A stretch of 64,000 bases of DNA from a bacterium (GCA_965218795.1 OZ244653.1:1152001-1216000), one strand, 5' to 3'; shown: positions 1 to 9,960, counted from the first letter of the stretch. Numbers and translations: made by a program. The notes: a model not told the origin generated them from the sequence alone.

Positions 1-319
1 AGAGGTTGTACGCGCCTTCCAGGCACATGCGGCAGCCGCCGCAGCCGACGTGCGGCTCGGCGCCCACGCGGTCGCCCGGCCGAAGCTCGTCGACGCCCTC
101 CCCGACCGCGACCACCTCCCCGCTCCATTCATGGCCGGGGACGTGGGGAAACCGGGTTCCGGGGAACATCCCTCCAAGGATCTTGAAGTCGGTTCCGCAA
201 ATGGTCGTCGCCATGACCTTGACCAGAGCGGCGCCCGGCGGCGGCTCGGGAACGGGAACGTCGTCGAACTCGAATTTGCCGGGCTCAGGGTAAACGACCG
301 CTTTCATCGTGTCGGCCAT
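1..319 (-). CDS. Zn-dependent alcohol dehydrogenase (MDR family), runs off the window edge
   Basis: Absent from the ORF track because no stop lies in the window. Manual translation: MADTMKAVVYPEPGKFEFDDVPVPEP...ICGTD...VPGHEWSGEVVAVGEGV...GDRV...CGGCRMC, giving the catalytic CGxD, GHE and structural-Zn cysteines. GAGGA RBS upstream. Confidence 0.92.
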   Translation of the reverse strand, partial: MADTMKAVVYPEPGKFEFDDVPVPEPPPGAALVKVMATTICGTDFKILGGMFPGTRFPHVPGHEWSGEVVAVGEGVDELRPGDRVGAEPHVGCGGCRMCLEGAYNL

Positions 320-487
320 GAAGTGGTCCTCATCCGGAAATCTCGGGCGGGCTTGCAATCTCGCCGGGGGATTGTAGCATAACCCCCGGACGGTCCCCGG
401 CCCGCGGCCCAATGCCGACCGGGCGCCTTCCCCCTGAACCCGGGACCCAGACACCGGCGGCCATCGCCTTGATGAGGAGCGGAAAGC

Positions 488-1609
488 ATGCCTGACCCGC
501 GCACGGTCCGCATGGCCCGGACCATCGTCCGGTACTCTTCGGAAGTCAAAAGGGGAGACATCGTCCGAATCACGGGAGGCACGGAGGCCGCCCCGCTCCT
601 TCGGGAGATCTTCCGGGAGTGTGTCGACGCCGGCGCGCATCCCTACGTCCAGGCGGGGATCTCAGGGTTGGATGAGATCTTTCTGAACCGGGCCGACAAG
701 CCCCAATTGGAATTCATCCAGCCGGTCGCAGCGTTCGAGATCAAAAAGGTGGACGTTCTGATCAACGTTCTCTCCGAGGTCAATACCAAGCGACTTTCCG
801 GCAGCGATCCGGCGCGACAGGCCCTGGCCCAGCAGGCCCGCAAGCCCATCATGAACGCCTTCATGAAGCGCGCGGCCAGACACGAGCGGGGCGAGCAAGG
901 GGGGCTGCGCTGGACCCTCACGCTCTGGCCCACACAGGCATACGCCCAGGACGCTGAGATGTCCCTGGCCGAGTACAGCGATTTTGTCTACAAAGCATGC
1001 TTCGCCCACAAGACCGATCCCATCAAGGAGTGGAACAAGATCGCTTCCTTCCAGAAAAAAGTCATCCGGTACCTGAAGGACCGCAAAAAAGTGCATCTCA
1101 GCGGACCGGACACGGACTTGGAGCTGGGGATTCGCGGACGCACCTTCATCAACTGCGAGGGCAAGCGCAATTTCCCCGACGGCGAGGTCTTCACCGGGCC
1201 CGAGGAGCGCTCCGTCCGGGGTCACATCGCCTACACCTTCCCGGCGACCTATGGCGGGCGCGAGGTCGAGGGCGTTCGGCTGCGGTTCGAGAAGGGCGAG
1301 GTGGTGGAGTTCTCGGCTGAGAAGAATGAAGCGTACCTTGCCCAGATGATCGGGATGGACCCGGGCGCCAAACGGGTCGGCGAATTCGCCTTCGCCCTGA
1401 ACCCCGGCATTCAGCGGTTCACCAAGAACATCCTCTTCGATGAAAAAATCGGCGGGACGGTCCACCTGGCGCTGGGCAAGGGCTACCCCGAGAGCGGTTC
1501 GAGGAACGATTCGGCTCTCCACTGGGACATGATCTGCGACCTCAGGAAAAAGGGCGAGGTATACGTCGACGGCAGGCTCTTCGAGAAAAACGGAAGGCTG
1601 ATGATCTGA
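488..1609 (+). CDS. Aminopeptidase, peptidase M29 (AmpS/aminopeptidase T) family
   Basis: Motifs NFPDGEVFTGP, GEFAF, FDEKIGGTVHLALG and SALHWDMI. GAGGAG RBS. Confidence 0.93.
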   Translation: MPDPRTVRMARTIVRYSSEVKRGDIVRITGGTEAAPLLREIFRECVDAGAHPYVQAGISGLDEIFLNRADKPQLEFIQPVAAFEIKKVDVLINVLSEVNTKRLSGSDPARQALAQQARKPIMNAFMKRAARHERGEQGGLRWTLTLWPTQAYAQDAEMSLAEYSDFVYKACFAHKTDPIKEWNKIASFQKKVIRYLKDRKKVHLSGPDTDLELGIRGRTFINCEGKRNFPDGEVFTGPEERSVRGHIAYTFPATYGGREVEGVRLRFEKGEVVEFSAEKNEAYLAQMIGMDPGAKRVGEFAFALNPGIQRFTKNILFDEKIGGTVHLALGKGYPESGSRNDSALHWDMICDLRKKGEVYVDGRLFEKNGRLMI

Positions 1610-1854
1610 CCACACCGGCGGCTTCCGAAATTCCCGGCGCGCTCCGGAGGCCCTGAGCCCCCGTGTCCGGACGGATGGCCCGCCTTTATTTCATACGCTT
1701 CTCCTCGCACCGTGAGTCGATGAACATCGTCGCGACGCCGAACCAGCGCGGGAGGTTCCCGTCCCTGATCCGTTCGAGGCGGCCGAGGACGCCCGGGATC
1801 TCGCCCTTCATCGGCTCGATCTGCACCCGAAGTGTCTTTTTTTGAAGCGACTGC

Positions 1855-3780
1855 TCAGATCGTCCGGCCGACAAGGGCTCCGCTCTGCATGGCCCCGAAC
1901 AGCCCGCCCGGTTTGGCAAAGTCGCCGACCGCGTGGACCGGGATGTTCAGCTTCGCCAGATCCCCGTTGAGACCTTTCTTCGGCTCCACGCCGACCGAAA
2001 GGACCACGGTGTCCGCCGGGATTTCGTCCACGACGCCGTGAACGCGGAAGCTCACGGTCCCGTCATCGGCAATGGCCGTGACCCGGGACCGCAACAGGCG
2101 ATTCACTCCGGAATCCTCCAGCCCCTTCATCAGAAACGGCCGGTGCATGCCTTCGATCTTGGGAGCCAGCTCTTCCTTCATCTCCAGCAGCGTCACCCGC
2201 CTCCCCTTTCGCGCGAAATGCCACGCCGTCTCGCATCCCTTGATCCCCGCTCCGACAACGGCCACCGATTCCCCGACCAGGCTCTCATCGACCAGGGCGC
2301 GGTCGGCGGTTACGACCTTGGGTCCCCCGCACCCGGAAATGTCCGCCGGCCGCACAAACTCCGCCCCCACGGCCAGGACGACTTCCTCTGCGCCGATTCC
2401 AGCGATCGTATCGGGCGTCGCGCGCACGCCCCGTCTGATTTCAATCGGCAGCTTTTCCACCTGACGTATCTGAAATTCCAGGAAGGATCGCAGGTCTGTC
2501 TTGAAATCCGGGCGGGTGGCCGGTACGAGCGCGCCCCCCAGATGGTCCCGGCCCTCGAAGAGCGTGACCTGGTGTCCCCGGAGAGCCAGGACGCGGGCGG
2601 CCTCCATGCCGGCCGGCCCGCCGCCGATCACGGCCGCCCTCTTCGGCGTTTCAGCGGGTTCGATGACGAACTCCGCTTCAAAACCGCTGGCGGGATTCAC
2701 GTCGCAGAGGATGCGGTTTCCCTGCAGCCCGTTTCTCAGGCATCCGGAGTTGCAGCGGATACAGGGCCGCAGGTCTTCCAGACGCCCCTCTCGGACCTTA
2801 TTGGCCCAAGCGGGCTCGGCGTGAAGCTGGCGGGCCATGGATACCATGTCCGCCCTGCCCTCCCGGATCACAGCCTCGAGATGCACGGGGTCGCTCAGCC
2901 CCCCCGATGCGATGACAGGTACGGACGAAACCTTTTTGACGGCCGCGGCCAAGGGCACGAGATTTCCTCGTTTGCCGTACGCGGGCGTACTGCGAAGATG
3001 GCGGGTTTCGTAATTCCCGGCGGTGATATGAATCAGGTCCACTCCGTCCCGGACAAAGGCGCGGGCGGCTTCACAGGCATCCGTCATGATCATTCCGCCC
3101 CGGAACAGCCCTGATCCGCTCATCCGGATGCCCAACGGATAAGCCTCCCCCAATGCCTTCCTCACGGCCTCGACCACCATCCGGGAAAACCTGAGTCGAT
3201 TCTGCAACTCCCCGCCAAAGGCGTCGGTTCGGCGATTCGTCTCCGGAGAGAAAAAACCGTCCATGAGATATCCGTTCGCGCCGTGGATTTCGACCAGGTC
3301 GAACCCGGCTTCTTTTCCCCGGCGGGCGGCCTCGCCGAAGTCGGAGACGATTTGGTGGATTTCCGCCTCGTCGACTTCCTTGACCTCCCGGCCCTCGGGC
3401 GTTGCCGAGGCCGAGGGAACCCGCGGCGGCCCGCCCGGCAGGAGCCGTTGGGCCCCGCAATGGCAGATCTGAAGGGCCGAGACGGCGCCCTCTTCACGGA
3501 TGACGGCCGCAAGACGACTGAGCCCTTCTATCTTGTCGTCGTCCTCCGCGCCCAATTCTCTGTGCCATGACTTGCTGGCGATGTTGTCGATATAGGTAAA
3601 CTCCACAATGACGAGACCGGCCCCGCCCCGGGCGCGCTCCCGGTAATAGGCGATCATCTCGGGCGTAACGAACCCGTCCGGCGTCGCATAATTCGTGCAC
3701 ATGGGGGCTTTGACGATCCGGTTCTGGATCCGGAGCCCTGCGATATCAATCGGCCGGAACAGGTTGGGATATTCCGTCAT
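1855..3780 (-). CDS. NADH:flavin oxidoreductase (OYE/2,4-dienoyl-CoA reductase-like, Fe-S and FAD domains)
   Basis: NRIVKAPM, EIHGANGYL, TNRRTDAFGG, CIRCNSGC...CDVNP Fe-S motif, and two Rossmann motifs (GGGPAG, GAGIKG). Confidence 0.92.
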   Translation of the reverse strand: MTEYPNLFRPIDIAGLRIQNRIVKAPMCTNYATPDGFVTPEMIAYYRERARGGAGLVIVEFTYIDNIASKSWHRELGAEDDDKIEGLSRLAAVIREEGAVSALQICHCGAQRLLPGGPPRVPSASATPEGREVKEVDEAEIHQIVSDFGEAARRGKEAGFDLVEIHGANGYLMDGFFSPETNRRTDAFGGELQNRLRFSRMVVEAVRKALGEAYPLGIRMSGSGLFRGGMIMTDACEAARAFVRDGVDLIHITAGNYETRHLRSTPAYGKRGNLVPLAAAVKKVSSVPVIASGGLSDPVHLEAVIREGRADMVSMARQLHAEPAWANKVREGRLEDLRPCIRCNSGCLRNGLQGNRILCDVNPASGFEAEFVIEPAETPKRAAVIGGGPAGMEAARVLALRGHQVTLFEGRDHLGGALVPATRPDFKTDLRSFLEFQIRQVEKLPIEIRRGVRATPDTIAGIGAEEVVLAVGAEFVRPADISGCGGPKVVTADRALVDESLVGESVAVVGAGIKGCETAWHFARKGRRVTLLEMKEELAPKIEGMHRPFLMKGLEDSGVNRLLRSRVTAIADDGTVSFRVHGVVDEIPADTVVLSVGVEPKKGLNGDLAKLNIPVHAVGDFAKPGGLFGAMQSGALVGRTI

Positions 3781-4617
3781 TCGATCCTCCCCAGGAATGA
3801 TGTGAAGGCCCGAGACCGATTCAATCCGTAAACGGCAGAAGCACGTCCGGCGATTCGCCGCCGACTACGACGATCCGGTTCTCCGAGGGGTCCTCGAAGA
3901 AGATGCCGCCGCTCTTGCGCTCTACATCGAATCCCGATGAAGCCAACCGTCCTTCCAATCGCTTCACCTCGTCCCCGCCGGGCAGGCAAGTGGCAACGTG
4001 CCACTTCGTTTTCGCGACGCTTTGCGTCGCATCTCCCCGTCCATTCTGTCATTCTGAGGCCGCTCCAAATGTTTTTCCCGAAGAATCTTCTCTGCTCGGA
4101 ATCTGTTCAACCTGTGCGGATTCCATGTATTTTGTAGATGTGAGTCCTCAGGCTGATCCTCTTTTTCTTGCAAAAGACTGAGCGGGCGGGGACGGACAGT
4201 CTCCGACTGAAGACCCGCCCCTGCATTTTTCCCTCTTCATATTCTGTGTAATCTCCGGAGTCGCCTTTCCATCGGCTTTCCCGATAACTCAAATTCAAAA
4301 AAATTGGCTTTTCCGGCCTGAAGCCAAATCAACTTTCCTTAATTCCCAACAACTATTTGGCTTTGTTTGGTCCTTTTTAATCGTTTTCGTAGCCCCTCTC
4401 CGTGCAATTATCATCGAAATTCCCGATTGGAATGCACGGCCATCCCTTTTTCTCCCTCCCGAACACAAACCATTTAACAAATATAATACGAAACTTTCGA
4501 ATTTTCCACCAAAACCGGATTCTCTTCGCTTCTCGTATTTGGATTCCTGTTTACAGGATCCCAAAATTCAGGGTTATCCCGAGTTTGAAGGGACGTTAGA
4601 AATTGGGGGAAGTCCTT

Positions 4618-4953
4618 TCCAGGGGGGCTTTTTGGGAGGCAACGTGCCTCCGCGTTTTCGCGGAGCCCATCGGCGTTGCAGCCGGGCGGAATCGTGGAAT
4701 TGAAATTCATTCACCCTGATGCCCGGCGAAATCGGTGCAGGCCCCGCCTGCCCCCCCTGGCCCCCCGGAAAAACTTCATCTCGCGAAGACTGCCCGCGCC
4801 GTAGCGCGGGCAGTCTTCGCCGGAGCCATCAAAAGTGTCCATACGTCTTTTGCGTTCATTCCAATCGAGGCGGGCGCTTTATGCCCGTCTCGATTGGGAA
4901 ACAAAGGTTTTCGAGGGGGGTCTGGGGGGACAGTTTTCAAAATGTCCCCCCAG
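4618..4953. repeat. ~335-bp structured repeat, copy 1 (MITE/REP-like)
   Basis: Near-identical to 10780-11097. Contains hairpins GCGAAGACTGCCCGCGC/GCGCGGGCAGTCTTCGC, CCAATCGAGGCGGGC/GCCCGTCTCGATTGG and CTGGGGGGACA/TGTCCCCCCAG. Confidence 0.9.
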
Positions 4954-5108
4954 ATCGCCGAGCCCGAAATCCTGTTGACTCGTATCCGGGCAAGGATTCT
5001 AATGGGGCGAATGACATCCTGCGGAGAGCCAAAAGCCGGGTCGGAAACGGGAAGTTTCTCCGATGCTGAATTCGGCAGATCGACGATGATATGGGGAGGG
5101 GTTCGACG

Positions 5109-5780
5109 ATGGTCATGGACAGCCGGGAATTCGCCATTCGTGTTATCACGAATTCCGATAAATACGCGGAAAGTCTTCGAGAACAGGCCCTGGATCAAAT
5201 CACGGAAATTGCCCGGACCGACCTCGTCCGGGTCCTTCGGAGCCGGGTCTGGTCTGAATTCACACTCGGCGTCTATCGGCCGGCCAAGCAGATCCTCCTC
5301 CTCCCCGAGGAGGACATCGACCTCAAGTGGATCCTGACCGAGCATCTCGAGGACGAGTACCGGCATTCGAAGATTTTTTCGAGCATTCTGGAAGAGATGG
5401 GGGAGGATGGCGACATCACCCACTATGAGCCGACTCCCGGAGAAAAAGCGCTTCTCCAAGCCTCCCTTCAGTATGACGACCCGATTGATATTGCGGCCGC
5501 CTTTCAGGTGACCGGCGAGGTGATGCTCATCGAGATCCTCAGGCACCTGAAGACGCTCGTGGAGCCGCCCGTTGCCGAGAGAATCGAGAAAGAGGTCATC
5601 CTCGACGAGGGAAGACACGTCAAGAACGGCCGGCTGCTCCTGGAGCGTTATTGCACGACAGAGGAAAAGCAGCGGAGGGTCGTCGAGATCTCAGAAAAGA
5701 CCTTTGAATCCTTGTGCGGAATCTATGGCGTGGATTTCTACGGCTCGATCAAGACCGAAAAAGCGAGGTATCCGGAATGA
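5109..5780 (+). CDS. Ferritin-like di-iron four-helix-bundle protein
   Basis: E..EDEYRH..E..DEGRH ligand pattern (two ExxH). Start placed after the GGGGAGGG RBS. Confidence 0.75.
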   Translation: MVMDSREFAIRVITNSDKYAESLREQALDQITEIARTDLVRVLRSRVWSEFTLGVYRPAKQILLLPEEDIDLKWILTEHLEDEYRHSKIFSSILEEMGEDGDITHYEPTPGEKALLQASLQYDDPIDIAAAFQVTGEVMLIEILRHLKTLVEPPVAERIEKEVILDEGRHVKNGRLLLERYCTTEEKQRRVVEISEKTFESLCGIYGVDFYGSIKTEKARYPE

Positions 5781-6022
5781 TCGAAGTTGCTGCAAAATGG
5801 TCTTCAGACCAGCTTTCCAAAAGCCTTTCCTCTTTGAAACGGATAACACCATCCTCAAAGATTCCCGCGCAGACTCTTAATCAAATCCTGGAAATATCAA
5901 AGAAGGCCTCCGATTCAGCGAAAAGAGCCGGAGGTAAGGCCGTTAACCTCCCAGCAATGGCTGTCAATGCCATACTCGCCTCCGATTTTTCCGAGACAAT
6001 GGACAAATGGCTGAGGGATGTT
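5600..6022 (+). repeat. 423-bp direct repeat, copy 1
   Basis: Identical by eye to 9364-9786 (offset 3764). Confidence 0.93.
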
Positions 6023-6772
6023 GTCGAACAGTGTACGTCGGTGTCGGTGTATGACAGGGCGCTTGACGCTACTTACAACGCTACAAAGATCGGTGGCGGA
6101 CTGCACAGGCTGTTCGATGAAAGTCATACGTTGTGGGATGCGTGGGACAAAGTGCGAGAGGCATTACCAGGCGATACCCTCTTTCAGGAAGTATCCGGAT
6201 ACACCAGTGCCCTTCTGAAAGACTTCGCGACTCCAATGGGACTTCCATTTTTCAACATGTCGAGGGATCGCTATCACGACATTGCCGGATACTTCAATGA
6301 GCAATTCGATTGGCCGAAGGATTGGTTCAGCGATTTTTTGACCGTAAACGCTGCCGAAATGTTCTCGACAACTATCGGAGTCATTGCCATCGCCTTGAAT
6401 TGGAACAAGCGGGAGGTCAAGCAATTCAGTACTCTTGCCAGCAGCTTGGGGGCCTCAGCAATTATACAGACAAATCCGATTTTAGGGGTTGTTGTTTTGG
6501 TGAGCCTGGCCAGGGCATTGATGGATGCTCGAAAAGAGAACAATTATGGAGATTTCATCAAAGGGCTTACAAAAGGCGGGGTCGGGACAGGGTTATGTCT
6601 TGCAACTGCATCCGCTGTAGGTGGACCTGCTTGGATTGGCATTGTGGCCGGATTGTGCGTGGGATGTATTGTTCACAAAGGGATCGAGTCTGTAGATATA
6701 ACGGAGATTCGGAGTTTCGTTGAATCCTCATTGCATAAAATAATTCCGGAACAAAGACAACTCGCTATATAG
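5777..6772 (+). CDS. Hypothetical membrane protein with C-terminal hydrophobic/Gly-zipper helices
   Basis: Long, more AT-rich ORF with ATGA overlap on the upstream stop. Contains YDRALDATY..GGGLHRLFDESH, then TTIGVIAIAL, PILGVVVLVSL and GGVGTGLCLATASAVGGPAWIGIVAGLCVG. Confidence 0.7.
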   Translation: MIEVAAKWSSDQLSKSLSSLKRITPSSKIPAQTLNQILEISKKASDSAKRAGGKAVNLPAMAVNAILASDFSETMDKWLRDVVEQCTSVSVYDRALDATYNATKIGGGLHRLFDESHTLWDAWDKVREALPGDTLFQEVSGYTSALLKDFATPMGLPFFNMSRDRYHDIAGYFNEQFDWPKDWFSDFLTVNAAEMFSTTIGVIAIALNWNKREVKQFSTLASSLGASAIIQTNPILGVVVLVSLARALMDARKENNYGDFIKGLTKGGVGTGLCLATASAVGGPAWIGIVAGLCVGCIVHKGIESVDITEIRSFVESSLHKIIPEQRQLAI

Positions 6773-6991
6773 GATATTGAAGGCGGCGGAGCGATACCGG
6801 CGATCGCACGTCACCACCCCTGTTCGCTGAGGCACCGCGAGGCGACGGAGCCCGGTTGTGAGCCCGGTGGATAGCGAATGGCCCAAGAGAACGCCTGCCT
6901 GCCCCCTTGCGAAAAAACGAGCTAGTGCAATTGCGGCGTTATAGCGATCAATCTCAATAAGAAGGCAACGTGATACCTCGGCGCCGCTACC

Positions 6992-7459
6992 TCAGAATTG
7001 CCAGCCTTCCTGCTGCATGAACTCTTCGAGACTGAGGCAGGATACGCCAAAATGTTCGCAGATGTTAGGAATCTTAGCCGAATTAGGGCGCTGCTTTTCA
7101 AGCGTCACTACAGGCACTTTCAACACTGCGGCCTTGGCGATGACGAAGGGATCCGCGTTCTTTCCGCCTTTAAGCAGCTTTTGTTGCTCCATGTTGGCCT
7201 GGAAGTGCCTCACAGCATAGATACGTCCGACAAATGCGCCTTCCTCTGCAGTCGGCGTGGTAAAGACGTCTTTGTGGGCTTTGGCCCATTTCTTGAGCTC
7301 ATCGTCCTGATCTTCGATTTCTCGAAACACTTCGCGGGTCGATACAATCTCCCCTATCTCTATCAGCTCATCGAAATTCTCCCAAAGCGTGACAAATGTG
7401 CTGGGATAGAAATTCTTGAAGAGGCTAACAAAGGGTGTCGTATCGAACACATATTTCAT
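6992..7459 (-). CDS. PIN-domain protein, DUF4411 family (putative toxin)
   Basis: MKYVFDT start, EVFREI, ADPFVIAKA, VVTLE, KIPNICEHFGV; overlaps the stop of the upstream gene. Confidence 0.85.
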   Translation of the reverse strand: MKYVFDTTPFVSLFKNFYPSTFVTLWENFDELIEIGEIVSTREVFREIEDQDDELKKWAKAHKDVFTTPTAEEGAFVGRIYAVRHFQANMEQQKLLKGGKNADPFVIAKAAVLKVPVVTLEKQRPNSAKIPNICEHFGVSCLSLEEFMQQEGWQF

Positions 7460-8592
7460 GCGCCTCTCCTGAGCAACTTCTCCTCCAGAGGCGCGATGTT
7501 TCGTGGCGCGATGTTCAGATGGTCGGCGAGTTGTGCCTCATCAATACGGTTGGCGTAGTATTGCCTGAAGGCCAGCCCGATGTAGCGCGGCCCAAGATAT
7601 GCGATCTGGTTGTTATAGTAATCGCCCCCTTTCCCAGTCTTTTTTTCGCCGGCAAAAGCCGCAGCGCCACTCTCATACTCCGTCTGGTCGATAAGGCCGC
7701 GGTCCAGAAAGATCCTGTAAATGACTTCACGGCTGACGTGGAACCGGCTGGCCAGCATCGCCGCGGTTTCCCGGCTGGCTTCAAGCCCTGCGAACTCACC
7801 CGAGAAGGCGTCGGCGGGGACGAGAAGCTGCGCCGCGAAGCGGTTGCACAGGATTTCGATCCTTTTGGCATCGCCATCTAGGGCATGTATGTGGTCGTCG
7901 CGAAACTTGTCTACACCACTGGTGTGGTACAGCAAGTGCGCCAGCTCATGAAATAGTGTGAAAATTTGCCGCGTCTTGGCCGTGCTATTGTTGGCATAGA
8001 TGATCGGGAATTCATCATCATATAGACAGAACCCTGAATAAGTTTCATCTCGGAAAGCATCCTTGAAGACGAAAACGCCGACATCGTTCAGCCTGTAACG
8101 CCAGTTTTCAAGCGCCTTATCTTCGCTCTCCCAGCCAATTTGCTGCTCAAGCGTGATGCTGAGATAATCGCGCACTCGCGATGCCATGTCCGCAATCGGC
8201 ACATCGACAGGGAATGACAAGTCGCGCGTGATGAGCCGGTCCTCAGGATTCTTCCCGTCATTCAGTTCAGCTAGGCTGAACTGGAACGCCCTGGCCTTAC
8301 GCAGCAGGAACCGCACCCGCCTCGAAATCTGCTCGAATTGCGGCTCCGGCATGGTACGGAAGGATTTGCTGAGCGGCTCCAGATCCGGCGGCTCGGGAAA
8401 GAAAAACACTGCGATCGGCGTTTTGAACCTATCCGCAAGTTTTTCAAGCTGGGGGTATGACGGAAATGATTCACCCAGCTCCCAGGCCTCAATGTCCCTG
8501 AAGTCCGCCCGCGCTTCATCCAACGTATATCCCGCCCTAACCCTAGCCCAGGTGAGGACTGCGGGCGTTATTGGGATTTGCTCTCTACTCAT
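7456..8592 (-). CDS. XRE-HTH plus ImmA/IrrE (M78) Zn metallopeptidase
   Basis: N-terminal HTH (LTWARVRAG...WELGESFPSYPQLEKLA), RQIFTLFHELAH (HExxH), EILCNRFAAQLLVP. Start trimmed to MSREQ. Confidence 0.9.
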   Translation of the reverse strand: MSREQIPITPAVLTWARVRAGYTLDEARADFRDIEAWELGESFPSYPQLEKLADRFKTPIAVFFFPEPPDLEPLSKSFRTMPEPQFEQISRRVRFLLRKARAFQFSLAELNDGKNPEDRLITRDLSFPVDVPIADMASRVRDYLSITLEQQIGWESEDKALENWRYRLNDVGVFVFKDAFRDETYSGFCLYDDEFPIIYANNSTAKTRQIFTLFHELAHLLYHTSGVDKFRDDHIHALDGDAKRIEILCNRFAAQLLVPADAFSGEFAGLEASRETAAMLASRFHVSREVIYRIFLDRGLIDQTEYESGAAAFAGEKKTGKGGDYYNNQIAYLGPRYIGLAFRQYYANRIDEAQLADHLNIAPRNIAPLEEKLLRRGA

Positions 8593-9264
8593 ATGCAAAC
8601 ATGCGGGCGCGTCAGCGCAAATCGAGTCATAATATTCATTATAGCCGAGATCGGCCGGATGTCTCTCCGCCAAAGGCGACAGCGGGGCTGGGTGGTCATG
8701 AACCAAGCCGCTGCGTGCGAATAGGAGATGGAGGCGCGGACCTTGAGTTGCCCTGTTTTGGTGGACACCTTCAGACTGTGGAAAGAAGGTGTTCCCATGG
8801 CACAGATGTTGATTCAACTCACGATGAAAAGCCTATGGCTGGGCCAGAATACAGTGCGACGGACAGAACGTGAAAGCTCGGACCGGGAGAAGCTGGAGCA
8901 TCCAGGCCAGAGGGGCTTCGGTTACGATATCCGCGACTTGGACATGGACTGCCGGTGAGCGCCCCCATCAGAAGATGATCGTTGCTGTGGTCGACTGCAC
9001 CATGGGCGCGAATCAGGCACCATCATGGGCCTGGACCGGTGGTTCCTGAATGGATGTTGCGGGACACCGGAGCGTAACCGTAAGCAAGCTGTTGCGGCTC
9101 GGACTTTGGAGGTCGGATGTGCAACGGTTTGACAGGGACTCGCCGAGATGCGCAGGCGTTTTAACGAATCCGCTTTCATTTTGATTACAGCCTGTAGAAG
9201 GCTGGTTCCGAATAAGATGGGGAACAATGTATATTTTCCAATAATATCAATAGGATAGCGGAAT

Positions 9265-9299
9265 CTTACGGCTGAAAAGAATGTGCTTACGGCTGAAAA
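9265..9299 (+). repeat. Tandem 14-bp direct repeat CTTACGGCTGAAAA (21-bp period)
   Basis: Copies at 9265-9278 and 9286-9299. Confidence 0.8.
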
Positions 9300-9363
9300 A
9301 CAGATCGTGACAGCGCAAGAAACTTCATCGTTTCAGCAATAGCGTTGCCTACGTTCTCTGCCG

Positions 9364-9786
9364 CCTCGACGAGGGAAGACACGTCAAGAACGGCCGGCTG
9401 CTCCTGGAGCGTTATTGCACGACAGAGGAAAAGCAGCGGAGGGTCGTCGAGATCTCAGAAAAGACCTTTGAATCCTTGTGCGGAATCTATGGCGTGGATT
9501 TCTACGGCTCGATCAAGACCGAAAAAGCGAGGTATCCGGAATGATCGAAGTTGCTGCAAAATGGTCTTCAGACCAGCTTTCCAAAAGCCTTTCCTCTTTG
9601 AAACGGATAACACCATCCTCAAAGATTCCCGCGCAGACTCTTAATCAAATCCTGGAAATATCAAAGAAGGCCTCCGATTCAGCGAAAAGAGCCGGAGGTA
9701 AGGCCGTTAACCTCCCAGCAATGGCTGTCAATGCCATACTCGCCTCCGATTTTTCCGAGACAATGGACAAATGGCTGAGGGATGTT
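9364..9786 (+). repeat. 423-bp direct repeat, copy 2 (3' end of ferritin-like gene plus 5' end of membrane-protein gene)
   Basis: Matches 5600-6022. Confidence 0.93.
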
Positions 9787-9858
9787 TTGAAGGGGATGCC
9801 GACGTCGGTGTATTGTATGATTAGGCTTCTTTCCTCACAGGTTGGACAAACTTCTTGA
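9541..9858 (+). pseudogene. Truncated duplicate of the 5777-6772 gene
   Basis: Same N-terminus (MIEVAAKW...DKWLRDV), then LKGMPTSVY and an early stop. Confidence 0.75.
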
Positions 9859-9960
9859 CCATTTTATAGAACACAAGATATCGCTTCTGGCGATTACCCC
9901 TTTTCCCCCTTTCCTTTACCATCCCACTGGTTCAAAATTGTGAGGAGTTCTGGAGTTTTT

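Noticed and set aside
4474-4617. Original 3' end of the Nmad3-like gene left of the putative target duplication (GKDFPQFLTSLQTRDNPEFW...)
   Set aside because: The frame is open after in-silico excision, but I cannot show homology without a search, so it is not claimed.
4719-5337. ORFs shared between the two ~330-bp repeats (MPGEIGAGPACPP...)
   Set aside because: The frames diverge at an indel between copies and the composition is not protein-like, so the repeat appears non-coding.
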